DNA of 64,000 nucleotides from positions 1-64,000 of the forward strand of contig JAUVXV010000005.1 in the NCBI GenBank assembly GCA_030603365.1, written 5' to 3'. The translations under genes and the position numbers were made by a program. Shown here piece after piece: positions 29,715 through 39,189 of this stretch. This DNA is from Candidatus Heimdallarchaeota archaeon (lineage in GTDB: Archaea; Asgardarchaeota; Heimdallarchaeia; Heimdallarchaeales; Heimdallarchaeaceae). Every line of letters begins with the position of its first letter. Within the stretch, counting starts at the first letter, position 1. The notes under the pieces were generated by a model. It ran no database searches. It was not told the origin of the DNA and saw only the letters and a program-made list of their open reading frames with translations.

Positions 29715-30569
29715 ATGTCAGAAGTAAGAAAAATATATAGTGTTCAAAAAAGTAGTGCTACAATGGAAGGAGCAGGAGTGAGGTTGAAACGAGCTTTTGG
29801 TCAAGCTCATCCAAAACTAGACCCATTTCTACTTCTAGATGATTTTGGATCTGATAATCCTGATGATTATCTAGCTGGATTTCCATGGCACCCTCATAGA
29901 GGAATTGAAACCATAACTTACATGCTTCAAGGAGAGGTTCTACATGAAGATAGTCTTGGTAATTCTGGAACCATTCAATCAGGTGATGTTCAATGGATGA
30001 CAGCTGGGAGTGGAATTGTTCACCAAGAGCTTCCAGCTCGATTTGAAGGTTTAATGTCTGGTTTTCAACTTTGGGCAAATCTACCTGCTTCTCATAAAAT
30101 GATGGATCCTCGTTATAGAGATGTGAAAAAAGCAGAAATTCCAGTAGTGACTACTGATGATTTTGTAGAAATGAAGATTATCTGTGGTGAAGTGAAAGGA
30201 GTAAAAGGTCCCGTTCAAGATGTTGTGACAGAACCAGAGTATCTAGATATAACAATGAACCATCATTCAACATTTAACCATCCCATAAAACGTGGTCACA
30301 ATGCTTTTACATATATTCTTGAGGGGGAAGGTTATTTTGACTTGAAGAAAAAACAGAAAATTAACAAGAAAAATCTGGTGATTTTTGAAGATGGTGATGA
30401 AATTCAAATAACAACAGAAGATAGTAAATTACGCTTCTTACTAATATCAGGAAAACCCATAAATGAACCTGTAGCTTGGTCTGGACCAATCGTGATGAAC
30501 ACTCAAGAAGAGATTAAGGTAGCTTTCGAAGAGTATAGAGATGGGACTTTTATAAAAAATCAACAGTGA
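29715..30569 (+). CDS. Pirin family protein
   Basis: LDPFLLLD, GFPWHPHRGIETITY, VQWMTAGSGIVHQE, GPIVMN. Confidence 0.95.
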   Translation: MSEVRKIYSVQKSSATMEGAGVRLKRAFGQAHPKLDPFLLLDDFGSDNPDDYLAGFPWHPHRGIETITYMLQGEVLHEDSLGNSGTIQSGDVQWMTAGSGIVHQELPARFEGLMSGFQLWANLPASHKMMDPRYRDVKKAEIPVVTTDDFVEMKIICGEVKGVKGPVQDVVTEPEYLDITMNHHSTFNHPIKRGHNAFTYILEGEGYFDLKKKQKINKKNLVIFEDGDEIQITTEDSKLRFLLISGKPINEPVAWSGPIVMNTQEEIKVAFEEYRDGTFIKNQQ

Positions 30570-30574
30570 TGAAT

Positions 30575-31147
30575 CTAAATGGGATATTTTTCCCTAAACT
30601 CATCCTCTAAGATGTCCATGATTAGATCATCTACATATCTACCTGCAATAAAGGAAGCTTTTCTTCTAACTCCAACTTCTTTGAAACCTAGTTTTTCATA
30701 AACATGTCTTCCAGATTCTAAAAACTCATACACATGAAGTTCTATTCTATGAAGATTCAAAACATTGAAACCTATTTTCAGAAAACACTTCACTGCATCT
30801 GTTCCAAATCCTTTTCCATGATTTTCTAAGTTGTAAATAGCTACACTCATAGAAGCGCTTCTGTTAATATTATTAACTTTCCTTAATGCTCCTACACCTA
30901 GAAATTCTTCAGTATCCTTCTCAATTACAGCAAAGGAATAAGATTCTTGCTTCTTCATTTCTTCATGAGTTTTTTTAATCCACTCTTCTCTTTCAGTTCT
31001 AGAATGAGGTATATATCTTCCCATTCCAATTCTCATCTCATATGTGTTCCAGTGTTCCATAATTGCATCTAAATCAGATAATTCTATAGATCTTAGAATG
31101 ACTTTACTACCTATGAAAGGAGATTCTTTGTTTATTTCAGAAGACAT
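30575..31147 (-). CDS. GNAT acetyltransferase (RimJ/RimL type)
   Basis: HGKGFGT, F..LNLHRIEL, YEKLGF..VG. Confidence 0.9.
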   Translation of the reverse strand: MSSEINKESPFIGSKVILRSIELSDLDAIMEHWNTYEMRIGMGRYIPHSRTEREEWIKKTHEEMKKQESYSFAVIEKDTEEFLGVGALRKVNNINRSASMSVAIYNLENHGKGFGTDAVKCFLKIGFNVLNLHRIELHVYEFLESGRHVYEKLGFKEVGVRRKASFIAGRYVDDLIMDILEDEFREKYPI

Positions 31148-31220
31148 TAAAATAAAATCTGTAAGGAGTTAATATTAATTGTTATTAAGTAAAAAAAAGA
31201 AAAAGAATAAAAAAGAAAAA

Positions 31221-32246
31221 CTATTTCCTTTTGTTTCTGTAAAGAACTAAACCAAGTACCATCAATGCACCAACACTGATAAAGACTAATTCTATTGAAC
31301 CACTTTCTAGAACTTCGTCATCAACACCTACAGAAGGATCATAGATTACCTCTTCATCAAAGTGTTCAAAACTTAAGTAGGTTTGTAGAGTTCCATCTCC
31401 AAGTGAAGAATATGATGCATTTACTGTTCCATACTCATATGCACTAGCAATTTTGTATTTTGCTTGATTTGCGTATGCAAAGTAGCCTTCAACACCTTCA
31501 CCTGATATTTGGTACATTTGTTTTACTTCATCTTTGTTTTGAACCTTAGTTTCAAAACCAGTTGAGTTGGTAATTGTATCACAGGCGTTTCCATTGGTAT
31601 CATTTAACTGGTAAGTATTCTTAAGTGGGGAAATGTCAAATCTTAATGCAAGATTAGTATCATTCCTTTGCCAGGTCCAATTTCGAATAACGATATCGAA
31701 TTTTAATTCAGTTTTACCAACAACTGTATAACCTTCTGTTGTATTGTCATCCAAATACATGTGTGCATTTATTTCCATTTCAAGGTCGGCATAGAATGGA
31801 TCCATTATCATATCTGATGTGAAATTAAAATGAATTGCTGAAACTTCTTCTGTTCCTTCAGTATACTCTACATCAAAACCTCCAAACACCCATCTTATAC
31901 TAGATAAAGCTAATATGTTAGAATGGGAAGGCATTGGTGGATATGGTTCATCCATCCAGATTGCTGTTTCATTATATTGGAAAGCACCGTCTTCATTAAA
32001 ATCAAGATATTCAATGAGTGATTTGAGCATCACATTGTATTCAAAACCACTATCAGATTCAATGTATTGGAATTTAGGAACCATTCCTCCAGCGTTAACA
32101 TTGATAGTAATTGTATCATAGGTGATTGATACTTGTTTATTCTGTTCTTGATAACCAAGCACTTTAGCATCTGCTGAAACTTGTGTTAGAGTAAGCAACA
32201 TCAGGACCATCATGCTCAAGCTTAAAATTTTTGCTTTGTTGTTCAT
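31221..32246 (-). CDS. Secreted beta-rich surface protein with C-terminal TM anchor
   Basis: Signal peptide, KFDIVIRNWTW, YDPSVG, TM and RNKRK; many N-x-S/T sequons. Confidence 0.7.
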   Translation of the reverse strand: MNNKAKILSLSMMVLMLLTLTQVSADAKVLGYQEQNKQVSITYDTITINVNAGGMVPKFQYIESDSGFEYNVMLKSLIEYLDFNEDGAFQYNETAIWMDEPYPPMPSHSNILALSSIRWVFGGFDVEYTEGTEEVSAIHFNFTSDMIMDPFYADLEMEINAHMYLDDNTTEGYTVVGKTELKFDIVIRNWTWQRNDTNLALRFDISPLKNTYQLNDTNGNACDTITNSTGFETKVQNKDEVKQMYQISGEGVEGYFAYANQAKYKIASAYEYGTVNASYSSLGDGTLQTYLSFEHFDEEVIYDPSVGVDDEVLESGSIELVFISVGALMVLGLVLYRNKRK

Positions 32247-32310
32247 TTTTACACCAAGTTGTTGTTGTAATTGTTTTTTGAATACCTTCTTATTTAACTC
32301 TATAAAGATT

Positions 32311-32331
32311 CTAACTTTAGAAAACTAAAGT
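32311..32331. promoter_or_regulatory. Palindromic operator-like site in a divergent promoter
   Basis: actttag-aaaa-ctaaagt perfect inverted repeat (32314-32331); near-copy at 33240-33258. Confidence 0.55.
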
Positions 32332-32375
32332 GTGGATGAAGTAAAACAAATATATAATAGTAATAAAAAACTACT

Positions 32376-33227
32376 TTGCTGTCAATGACTGAGAACGATC
32401 AATCTTATGCTGAGTTGAAAATATTCTCTAATAATATTAGAAGGGAGCTAATTAGGGTTATTGGAGAATCTGGATCACAATCTTTCAGCTCTATAAAGGA
32501 TGAATTAAATCTAACAGATGGTCGTTTATACTTTCACCTTAAGAAAATCGAATTATACATAGAAAAAGATAGTCAGAATTTCTATAGATTGAATGATGAA
32601 GGGAAAAGAATTTCCTATTTACTATTTCATGAAAAAGACTCTTTATTCACAGATAAAATAAAAGAAGAAGAGGAAGATAAATCCATTAGTTTCATAGATA
32701 GGATAGCTCCTTCAGGAATTTTCTACTATTTCTTAGGAACAAAAACCAGAAGTTTAATTGAACTTAACATAATCCTGATAGTCATTTGTTGGCTTTTTGG
32801 TTTAACAGAATCATATGGTCTTCTTACAAATAGTTTTAGACTAGAATCATTCTTTGGTGGAGGGGCATTAACCAATGCCTTATTCTCAATAGTTCACTGG
32901 TATCTATACATCGGAATAATAGTTTTAATTCTCGTGATTTTGAAAGCCAAATTTGATTTTCTTGATTTAAGTATAGGTGTAATCATAGGCTCTATTCCTT
33001 ATCTATTGTTTTTGATACCTGTAGGGATTATGTTTCTAGTTGGAACAGTTATCCCTGATTGGGGACTAATACTCTTAAGAATAGTTTACGTCTTGTGTAA
33101 GATCTGGTCAACCATTCTTATCGCTCAAGCAATAACTATAGTCTCTAAACGTAAAAGTCATGAATCATTCATTATAGCTTCAATCTTAATATTCCTCGAT
33201 TACATCTACTTATTTGTACAAATATGA
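32376..33227 (+). CDS. ArsR-like winged-HTH regulator fused to a multi-TM domain
   Basis: RRELIRVI...SFSSIKDELNLTDGRLYFHLKKI...YRLNDEG, followed by about 5 hydrophobic helices. Confidence 0.78.
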   Translation: MLSMTENDQSYAELKIFSNNIRRELIRVIGESGSQSFSSIKDELNLTDGRLYFHLKKIELYIEKDSQNFYRLNDEGKRISYLLFHEKDSLFTDKIKEEEEDKSISFIDRIAPSGIFYYFLGTKTRSLIELNIILIVICWLFGLTESYGLLTNSFRLESFFGGGALTNALFSIVHWYLYIGIIVLILVILKAKFDFLDLSIGVIIGSIPYLLFLIPVGIMFLVGTVIPDWGLILLRIVYVLCKIWSTILIAQAITIVSKRKSHESFIIASILIFLDYIYLFVQI

Positions 33228-33239
33228 ACAAGTGAAATC

Positions 33240-33258
33240 CTAACTTCAGTAAACTAAA
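33240..33258. promoter_or_regulatory. Second copy of the operator-like site
   Basis: ctaacttcagtaaactaaa vs ctaactttagaaaactaaa at 32311: 17 of 19 positions identical. Confidence 0.5.
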
Positions 33259-33293
33259 TAAAAACGATAATAAAAAAGAATGAGAAATATAAT

Positions 33294-33962
33294 ATGGAAA
33301 GTGTGGAAATGGATAAACGGAATAAACTCAGTATAGTGTTAATCTCTTTCATATTAATCGGGGGATCTATTGCAATACCAATATTAGTCCGAGATTATGA
33401 GACAATAATAAACGATTTTATCAATTCTCCTATCTTTCCACCTCCTATATCTGAATTAGGTACATTAAACCTATATTATACCAGTGATTTCTCTGAAGAG
33501 AACCTTACTTTAATAGAACCTCTTGGGATAATTCTCAATGCAGATAATGACACAGAAACAATTTTGAGAATATGGATAAGTATTACTGAAATCACTTTAC
33601 TTGGTAAGAAAGCTGGCAACTCTCTATTTTTCACCAGTGACGATGTATTTGATGTTCTAGATGCTCTAAACGACACACAACTCCTCAAAACTGGAAATAT
33701 AACAGCTGCTGAATATGCTGGGATACAATTACATTTCAACACAACAATTTTAATTCAAACTGATGTAGATTTCTACACTTTTGAAATTCAAGGGAACAAT
33801 ATAATTGCACTCCCATTCAATATGTTCAATCAAGTTAATAGTACAACTGATTTAAACATTGTAAATGAAACTATAAATGATGTTCTTCTTGATTTCAATA
33901 TAGAAGTGTTATGGCAAAACAGTACTGCAAGAATCATAACAAAGGCTTATGTTCTAGAGTAG
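33294..33962 (+). CDS. N-terminally anchored extracellular beta-sandwich protein (DUF4382-like)
   Basis: N-terminal TM; I.I.I..I.L, FD.L.L, G.I.A.EY..I.L and V.LDF pattern. Confidence 0.55.
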   Translation: MESVEMDKRNKLSIVLISFILIGGSIAIPILVRDYETIINDFINSPIFPPPISELGTLNLYYTSDFSEENLTLIEPLGIILNADNDTETILRIWISITEITLLGKKAGNSLFFTSDDVFDVLDALNDTQLLKTGNITAAEYAGIQLHFNTTILIQTDVDFYTFEIQGNNIIALPFNMFNQVNSTTDLNIVNETINDVLLDFNIEVLWQNSTARIITKAYVLE

Positions 33963-34024
33963 TTTAATACCAGTTCAAAGAGTTAGCAAAAAAACTATAT
34001 AAGCCCTCTTTATTTTCAACACCT

Positions 34025-34861
34025 ATGACAATTAACTATACTGCTATTCTACCTCATGGTTTCAATCTTATAGAAAATATTTATCCTAATCAAGGTGAAA
34101 AATGGCAGAACCTGATTGAAGCAATGAATACTGTCGCTTCCGAGGTTTATTCTGCAGATCCAGAAGTAATAATTATTGCTTCTCCTCATAATCTTCGTAT
34201 TGATGGTCAAATCGGTATCATAACTTCAGAATGGCTAGAAGGAACTTGGTGGAATGATGAAAAGACTGACAAAGTCCATCTTAAACATAGATGTGATAGA
34301 GAATATGCTCAACTAATTTATGAGAGGTTAAAAAAAGAAAACATGCCAGTTGTAGCTGTTAATTATGGCGCTGCAGGTGGAGAGTATTCAGCAATGAAAA
34401 TGGATTGGGGTACTCTAATTCCTCTATGGTATATCAATAAAATCTATTCAGCTGAAAATCGAGAAATTCCTCCAGTTATCCTTATTACACCTTCTCGAGA
34501 AATACCTTGGAAGAACCTAGTTAACCTCGGTAGTATTTTGAACGGTTTATCTTTGAATAATGGTAAAAAAGTTGTATATATTGCAAGTTGTGATCATGGT
34601 CATGCTCATGATCCAGACGGTCCTTATGGATATCATCCTGCTTCCAAAGTTTTTGATGAACAGATTTGTGAGATGATTAAAAATAATAATTTGAGCAAAC
34701 TTATGGAACTCTCGGAAGAATTTATTGATCATGCTAAACCTGATAGTTTTTGGCAGATGCTCATTTTGCTGGGTATTCTAAATGTAACTGAATTGAAAAA
34801 CGATTTGTGTGTCTATGAATGTCCCGAATATTATGGTATGATAGTTGCTTCTTTTAAATAG
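34025..34861 (+). CDS. Class III extradiol dioxygenase subunit B (LigB/Memo-like)
   Basis: PHG, SPH, DWGTLIPL, IASCDHGHAH...GPYG, YYGM. Confidence 0.8.
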   Translation: MTINYTAILPHGFNLIENIYPNQGEKWQNLIEAMNTVASEVYSADPEVIIIASPHNLRIDGQIGIITSEWLEGTWWNDEKTDKVHLKHRCDREYAQLIYERLKKENMPVVAVNYGAAGGEYSAMKMDWGTLIPLWYINKIYSAENREIPPVILITPSREIPWKNLVNLGSILNGLSLNNGKKVVYIASCDHGHAHDPDGPYGYHPASKVFDEQICEMIKNNNLSKLMELSEEFIDHAKPDSFWQMLILLGILNVTELKNDLCVYECPEYYGMIVASFK

Positions 34862-34928
34862 ATAATCAGATAATCTTTAAAGGAAAGCTTTCTTTTTTTA
34901 TTCCAGTCATTATATGATGTGATACATA

Positions 34929-35675
34929 ATGAAAGACCAAATCGGTAAAGAATTCATGAAAAAAACTCAGTATAAATTTACATCACAATCAGATCAAAGT
35001 CAACATCATCCAAATCCACCTTTACAGATGGAATATGCTCACAAAATGAGAACATTTGATCTACCCAAACCTGAAGAAATTGAGGTTAAAGAATTAATAT
35101 TACGTAAGGCAATTGAAAACCGTAAGAGTGTAAGAAAATATTCTGATGAATCGTTTTCTTTAATGGAGTTAGCATGGCTACTATGGACAACTCAAGGAGT
35201 AAAAGAAGTTATGAAAGATAATTATGCAACTTTAAGAACAGTCCCTTCTGCAGGAGCAAGACATGCATTTGATACTTTCTTATTAATTAATAATGTTGAA
35301 GGTTTAGAGCCTGGTATTTACAGATACTTAGCACTTGAGCACAAGTTATTAGAATATATTATTGAGGATGGAATAGCTGACAAAATTGTTGAAGCATCTT
35401 ATGGACAAAAAATGGTTAAGAATAACGCTGTCACTTTCATCTGGGTAGTAGACATATACAGAATATTTTGGAGATATGTTGAAAGAGCTTATAGGTATAT
35501 TCATATCGATGCGGGGCATGTCTGTCAGAATCTTTATCTTGCTGCTGAAAACATTGGTGCTGGAGTTTGTGCAATTGCAGCCTTTCATGATGAAATTTTC
35601 TCTGAGGTTCTGAAATTAGATGGTGAAAACCATTTTGTTGTTTATTTAGCTTCTATTGGAAAGAAAAAGGATTAG
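34929..35675 (+). CDS. SagB/ThcOx-family FMN dehydrogenase (nitroreductase fold)
   Basis: R.SVRKY, LRTVPSAGARH, DAGHVCQNLYLAA. Confidence 0.9.
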   Translation: MKDQIGKEFMKKTQYKFTSQSDQSQHHPNPPLQMEYAHKMRTFDLPKPEEIEVKELILRKAIENRKSVRKYSDESFSLMELAWLLWTTQGVKEVMKDNYATLRTVPSAGARHAFDTFLLINNVEGLEPGIYRYLALEHKLLEYIIEDGIADKIVEASYGQKMVKNNAVTFIWVVDIYRIFWRYVERAYRYIHIDAGHVCQNLYLAAENIGAGVCAIAAFHDEIFSEVLKLDGENHFVVYLASIGKKKD

Positions 35676-35757
35676 GAGAACCTCTATTCACTCTTCTTTT
35701 CCTGTTTTTCTACCAACATTTTTTAAATGAGTAATTAAGCTCATTTTTGGTTATCTC

Positions 35758-36636
35758 ATGGTTACTAAATATCCCCTCTTTATCTTATGTGGTAGAGATG
35801 AGAAAAAGCGGGAGTTAATAGAAATTCTTGATCCAAAAGAGAAATATGGTGTAAAATGTTTACTGCCAATATTAGGAAGGAGAGTTATTGATTGGCAGTT
35901 AGACGCTTTAAGAAAATCGCCTTATGTTGATGAAATTTATCTGTTGGGATTAACTGAAGAAATGGCGAAATTTGATTTTCCTGTTCATTATGTTCCAGTT
36001 CCTACAGTTTCAACATTTGCAGAAAAATTGTATGCTGGTTTACAGTATATACGTAAACAAGGTAAAAAAGATACAATTGTCTCTGTTTCTTCTTCAGATA
36101 CTCCAGGAATGACTGTGAAGGCGGTAAATCAATTCTATGAAGAAGCGGATAAGTACAGAGATTATGATTTTGTACAATCGGCTGTCACTGATGAAATAAC
36201 CAAGAAAACCTTTCCTGATCATAAACGAGTGATTATAAGGTTTAAGGATATACATGTTTACCCCGGTGAAATGTATTTGATGAGCGAACACGGGATTATT
36301 GAAGGTGCAAAACTCATTACTGAAGTTGGTGGTGGAAGAACTAAAATTAAGAAAAAGAATAGAGAAAAGAAAAACAGTCCTCTTATTCCCCTCCTTCGAA
36401 TTGTTCTAACAACTCCTAGAACATGGCCTTACATAATCAAATTCTTACTAGGCAGACTTACTATGGCTGGTGGAGAAAAATTTATTTCAATAATAAGTAA
36501 AGGTATGAAGATTAAGGCTGTAGTAGTTGATGATGCCAGTTTTGGAATGGATATGGATCTACCAGAAGATTATGATGTACTAAAGAAATATATGAGTAAA
36601 ATTAAAGATATTCCATACACTGAAGGGATTAATTAG
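35758..36636 (+). CDS. MobA/CofC-like nucleotidyltransferase-family protein, paralog 1
   Basis: LCGRD..KRE...LDP..KY..K.LLP..G, SDTP, DMDLPEDY. Confidence 0.7.
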   Translation: MVTKYPLFILCGRDEKKRELIEILDPKEKYGVKCLLPILGRRVIDWQLDALRKSPYVDEIYLLGLTEEMAKFDFPVHYVPVPTVSTFAEKLYAGLQYIRKQGKKDTIVSVSSSDTPGMTVKAVNQFYEEADKYRDYDFVQSAVTDEITKKTFPDHKRVIIRFKDIHVYPGEMYLMSEHGIIEGAKLITEVGGGRTKIKKKNREKKNSPLIPLLRIVLTTPRTWPYIIKFLLGRLTMAGGEKFISIISKGMKIKAVVVDDASFGMDMDLPEDYDVLKKYMSKIKDIPYTEGIN

Positions 36637-36697
36637 TACTCTATTTTTCTCTATTAGTTTCACTGTAAATGTTATATAGAACTACATTACTTAAATA

Positions 36698-37528
36698 TTG
36701 AATCTGATGAAATATCATGTTTTTCTACTCGCAGGAAGAGATTCAGAACGTCGCGAAATTATGAAAGTCTTAGATCCGAAGAAGAAATATAAAACCAAAG
36801 TTCTTCTCCCAATGTTTGACAAAACTGTTCTTGAATGGGTTGTTGAAGAATATCATAAATCCCCTTATGTTGAAAAAATCTGTATAGTAGGTTTAACAAA
36901 AGATGATATTCAATTTAATGTACCTGTCGAGTATATTCCAATTGATCCTTATACTCCTATATCTCAAAAATATCTTGCAGGGCTAAAGTATCTAGAAGAA
37001 AATAATTTACCAACTGATAAGATTATTTTTAGTAGCTCTGATTGCCCAGGTGTCAAGGTTGAAACCCTGAACTATTTTCTCAAAGAAATTGAATCAAAAG
37101 ATGGATTTGATTTTATACTTTCTGCCATTCCTCTTGAAGTAGTTGAAAAAGTTTTTCCTGATTCTAAAAGGGGTGTAGCAAGGCTAAAAGATATTAATTT
37201 AACCCAAGGTGAAATAGCATTATTTAGTGCATATGCAATAAGGAATCATGTAAAGACAGTCGATAACATAACTACAATTAGCAAAAAAAGAGGTTTCTGG
37301 CCTCTATTTTGGTATGTTGCTAGACGTCCGAAAGCATGGTCAAAACTTTTCAAAATTCTGATAAAACAAGGAACTCTAAACGATGCAATTATAGGATTTT
37401 CACGAGCTTTTAAGTTAAAATCTGATGTTGTGATTATCAATGATGCTGGATTGAGTTTGGATATGGATTTACCTGAGGATTACAATAAACTGAAAAACTA
37501 TGTGGAAAAGGTTAAAATTCAGAATTAA
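36698..37528 (+). CDS. MobA/CofC-like nucleotidyltransferase-family protein, paralog 2
   Basis: LAGRD..RRE...LDP..KYKTK, SDCP, DMDLPEDY. Confidence 0.7.
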   Translation: MNLMKYHVFLLAGRDSERREIMKVLDPKKKYKTKVLLPMFDKTVLEWVVEEYHKSPYVEKICIVGLTKDDIQFNVPVEYIPIDPYTPISQKYLAGLKYLEENNLPTDKIIFSSSDCPGVKVETLNYFLKEIESKDGFDFILSAIPLEVVEKVFPDSKRGVARLKDINLTQGEIALFSAYAIRNHVKTVDNITTISKKRGFWPLFWYVARRPKAWSKLFKILIKQGTLNDAIIGFSRAFKLKSDVVIINDAGLSLDMDLPEDYNKLKNYVEKVKIQN

Positions 37529-37548
37529 GTAAGTTTAAGTGATAAATA

Positions 37549-38382
37549 ATGAATAAGCTCCCAATTTTTCTATTAGCTGGAAGAGATAAAGAAAGAAGAG
37601 AAATAATGGAAGTTCTTGATCCTGAAATGAAATACAAATCTAAATGTCAACTAGATATGTTAGGAAAACCCATAATACAATGGGTAATTGATGAACTTCA
37701 AAAATCTGAATATGTAGACCAGATTTATGTTCTTGGTTTAGAAGAAAAGGATCTTAAGCTGAGTGGTGATTTAGAGTATATTTCAGTGGATTATGATTCA
37801 GAAGTTTTTGACAAAATCAAAGCAGGATTTGATTACCTCAAGTCGAAAAACAAATTTAATGAAATGGCTGTGATTTGTGGATCTGATATCCCTGCAGTTA
37901 AAGTAGAGAGTATAGATGAGTTTCTCAAAGTGGCTTCTGAAAAACAACAATATGACTTTCTTTGGGGTGTTGTACCAATTGAAATTGCAGCTGCAGTGTT
38001 CCCTGACCATGGTAGAACAGTTGGATATTTCAAAGATCACAATCTTTTCCCTGGAGATATTTTTGCTTTAAATCATAGAGCTATACTAGTGGGTGAAGAT
38101 GTTATAAGGCAATTCTCTGATAATAGAAGAAAAAGATCATTTTGGACAAATGTTTGGTTTATTGCTAAACGACCAAGAACTTGGCCAAAACTTATTAAAA
38201 TCTTTCTTAAAACAGCTACAACACTTGACGGTATAAGAATTTTTGAAATTGCTTTCAGATGTAAAGCTGATATCGTAATTATAGAAGATCTTGGGTTTGG
38301 TTATGATATGGACCTACTTGTTGATTATGAAAGATTGACTAACTATGTAGCAAAAATAAAGAACGTTCCTCTAGATACTTAA
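37549..38382 (+). CDS. MobA/CofC-like nucleotidyltransferase-family protein, paralog 3
   Basis: LAGRD..RRE...LDP..KYKSK, SDIP, DMDLLVDY. Confidence 0.7.
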   Translation: MNKLPIFLLAGRDKERREIMEVLDPEMKYKSKCQLDMLGKPIIQWVIDELQKSEYVDQIYVLGLEEKDLKLSGDLEYISVDYDSEVFDKIKAGFDYLKSKNKFNEMAVICGSDIPAVKVESIDEFLKVASEKQQYDFLWGVVPIEIAAAVFPDHGRTVGYFKDHNLFPGDIFALNHRAILVGEDVIRQFSDNRRKRSFWTNVWFIAKRPRTWPKLIKIFLKTATTLDGIRIFEIAFRCKADIVIIEDLGFGYDMDLLVDYERLTNYVAKIKNVPLDT

Positions 38383-39062
38383 TCCGTTATTGGGTCAATT
38401 TTGGACAATTCTTTCTTTTTTGGTTTGATGAAAGAGAATATTCCTAGAGTTACAGCAAGTACAAGAGCATATTTACACATAATACTTGGTATAGCTAGAC
38501 CAAATTTTAAAGGATCTATTAGAACCATGATATACATTGGTGTGAGAAAAGAAAGATAACCAAGTAAGATTATTAACCCTATTTTATTTTCAATCTTCTT
38601 GTTCCCTAAAATCATATGCCCTATAATGAAAAGAATGCTGTAAGCAATCATCCCTAAATAATAAATACCATAAATTGTTGAGATGTTATTTTCATAGGTG
38701 GCATATAGTGGATTACAGTTAGTCAGTACTACTGATTCTGAAACACTAAGAAAGTAAATTGATAAAGCTAGACCACCTGCGAACCCTATCCAATAATCAG
38801 GAAACTTCCATCCAACTACTCTTGTGCAAAGAAAATAACCTGTTGGAGGTAGAAAGGTAATTATAACAAAAGCTATCCTCCCAGTAATATTCTCACTTAT
38901 TCCCATACAGATTAAGAATTCCGATAATTGATAGAGTAGCAATAATGCTAATAATGAAACTGTTGACCAGAAAAACGAGTGTTTTCTGTTAAATATAATA
39001 ACAATGCCTAAGATTACTAATTCAATACAAAAGAAAATTAACGATAAAGTTCCAGGTAGCAC
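38379..39062 (-). CDS. Multi-TM (about 7) membrane protein, sensor-7TM-like
   Basis: Seven hydrophobic segments; YQLSEFLIC, LPP, PSIMC; shares its TTAA stop with paralog 3. Confidence 0.65.
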   Translation of the reverse strand: MLPGTLSLIFFCIELVILGIVIIFNRKHSFFWSTVSLLALLLLYQLSEFLICMGISENITGRIAFVIITFLPPTGYFLCTRVVGWKFPDYWIGFAGGLALSIYFLSVSESVVLTNCNPLYATYENNISTIYGIYYLGMIAYSILFIIGHMILGNKKIENKIGLIILLGYLSFLTPMYIMVLIDPLKFGLAIPSIMCKYALVLAVTLGIFSFIKPKKKELSKIDPITD

Positions 39063-39189
39063 AGCAACCCCTTTTTTGTATATTATAATAAGCTTTCTGC
39101 TTCTCTATTCCTTTCTTGTTGGAATTGTTTCTATCTGTTCATGCAACAATTTTAATATGTGTTTATTTTCTAATCTGATGGTGTAAATT

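Noticed and set aside
34929-35675. SagB-like gene as a RiPP (TOMM) cluster
   Set aside because: No YcaO, E1-like protein or precursor peptide nearby; stand-alone SagB-type nitroreductases are common in archaea.
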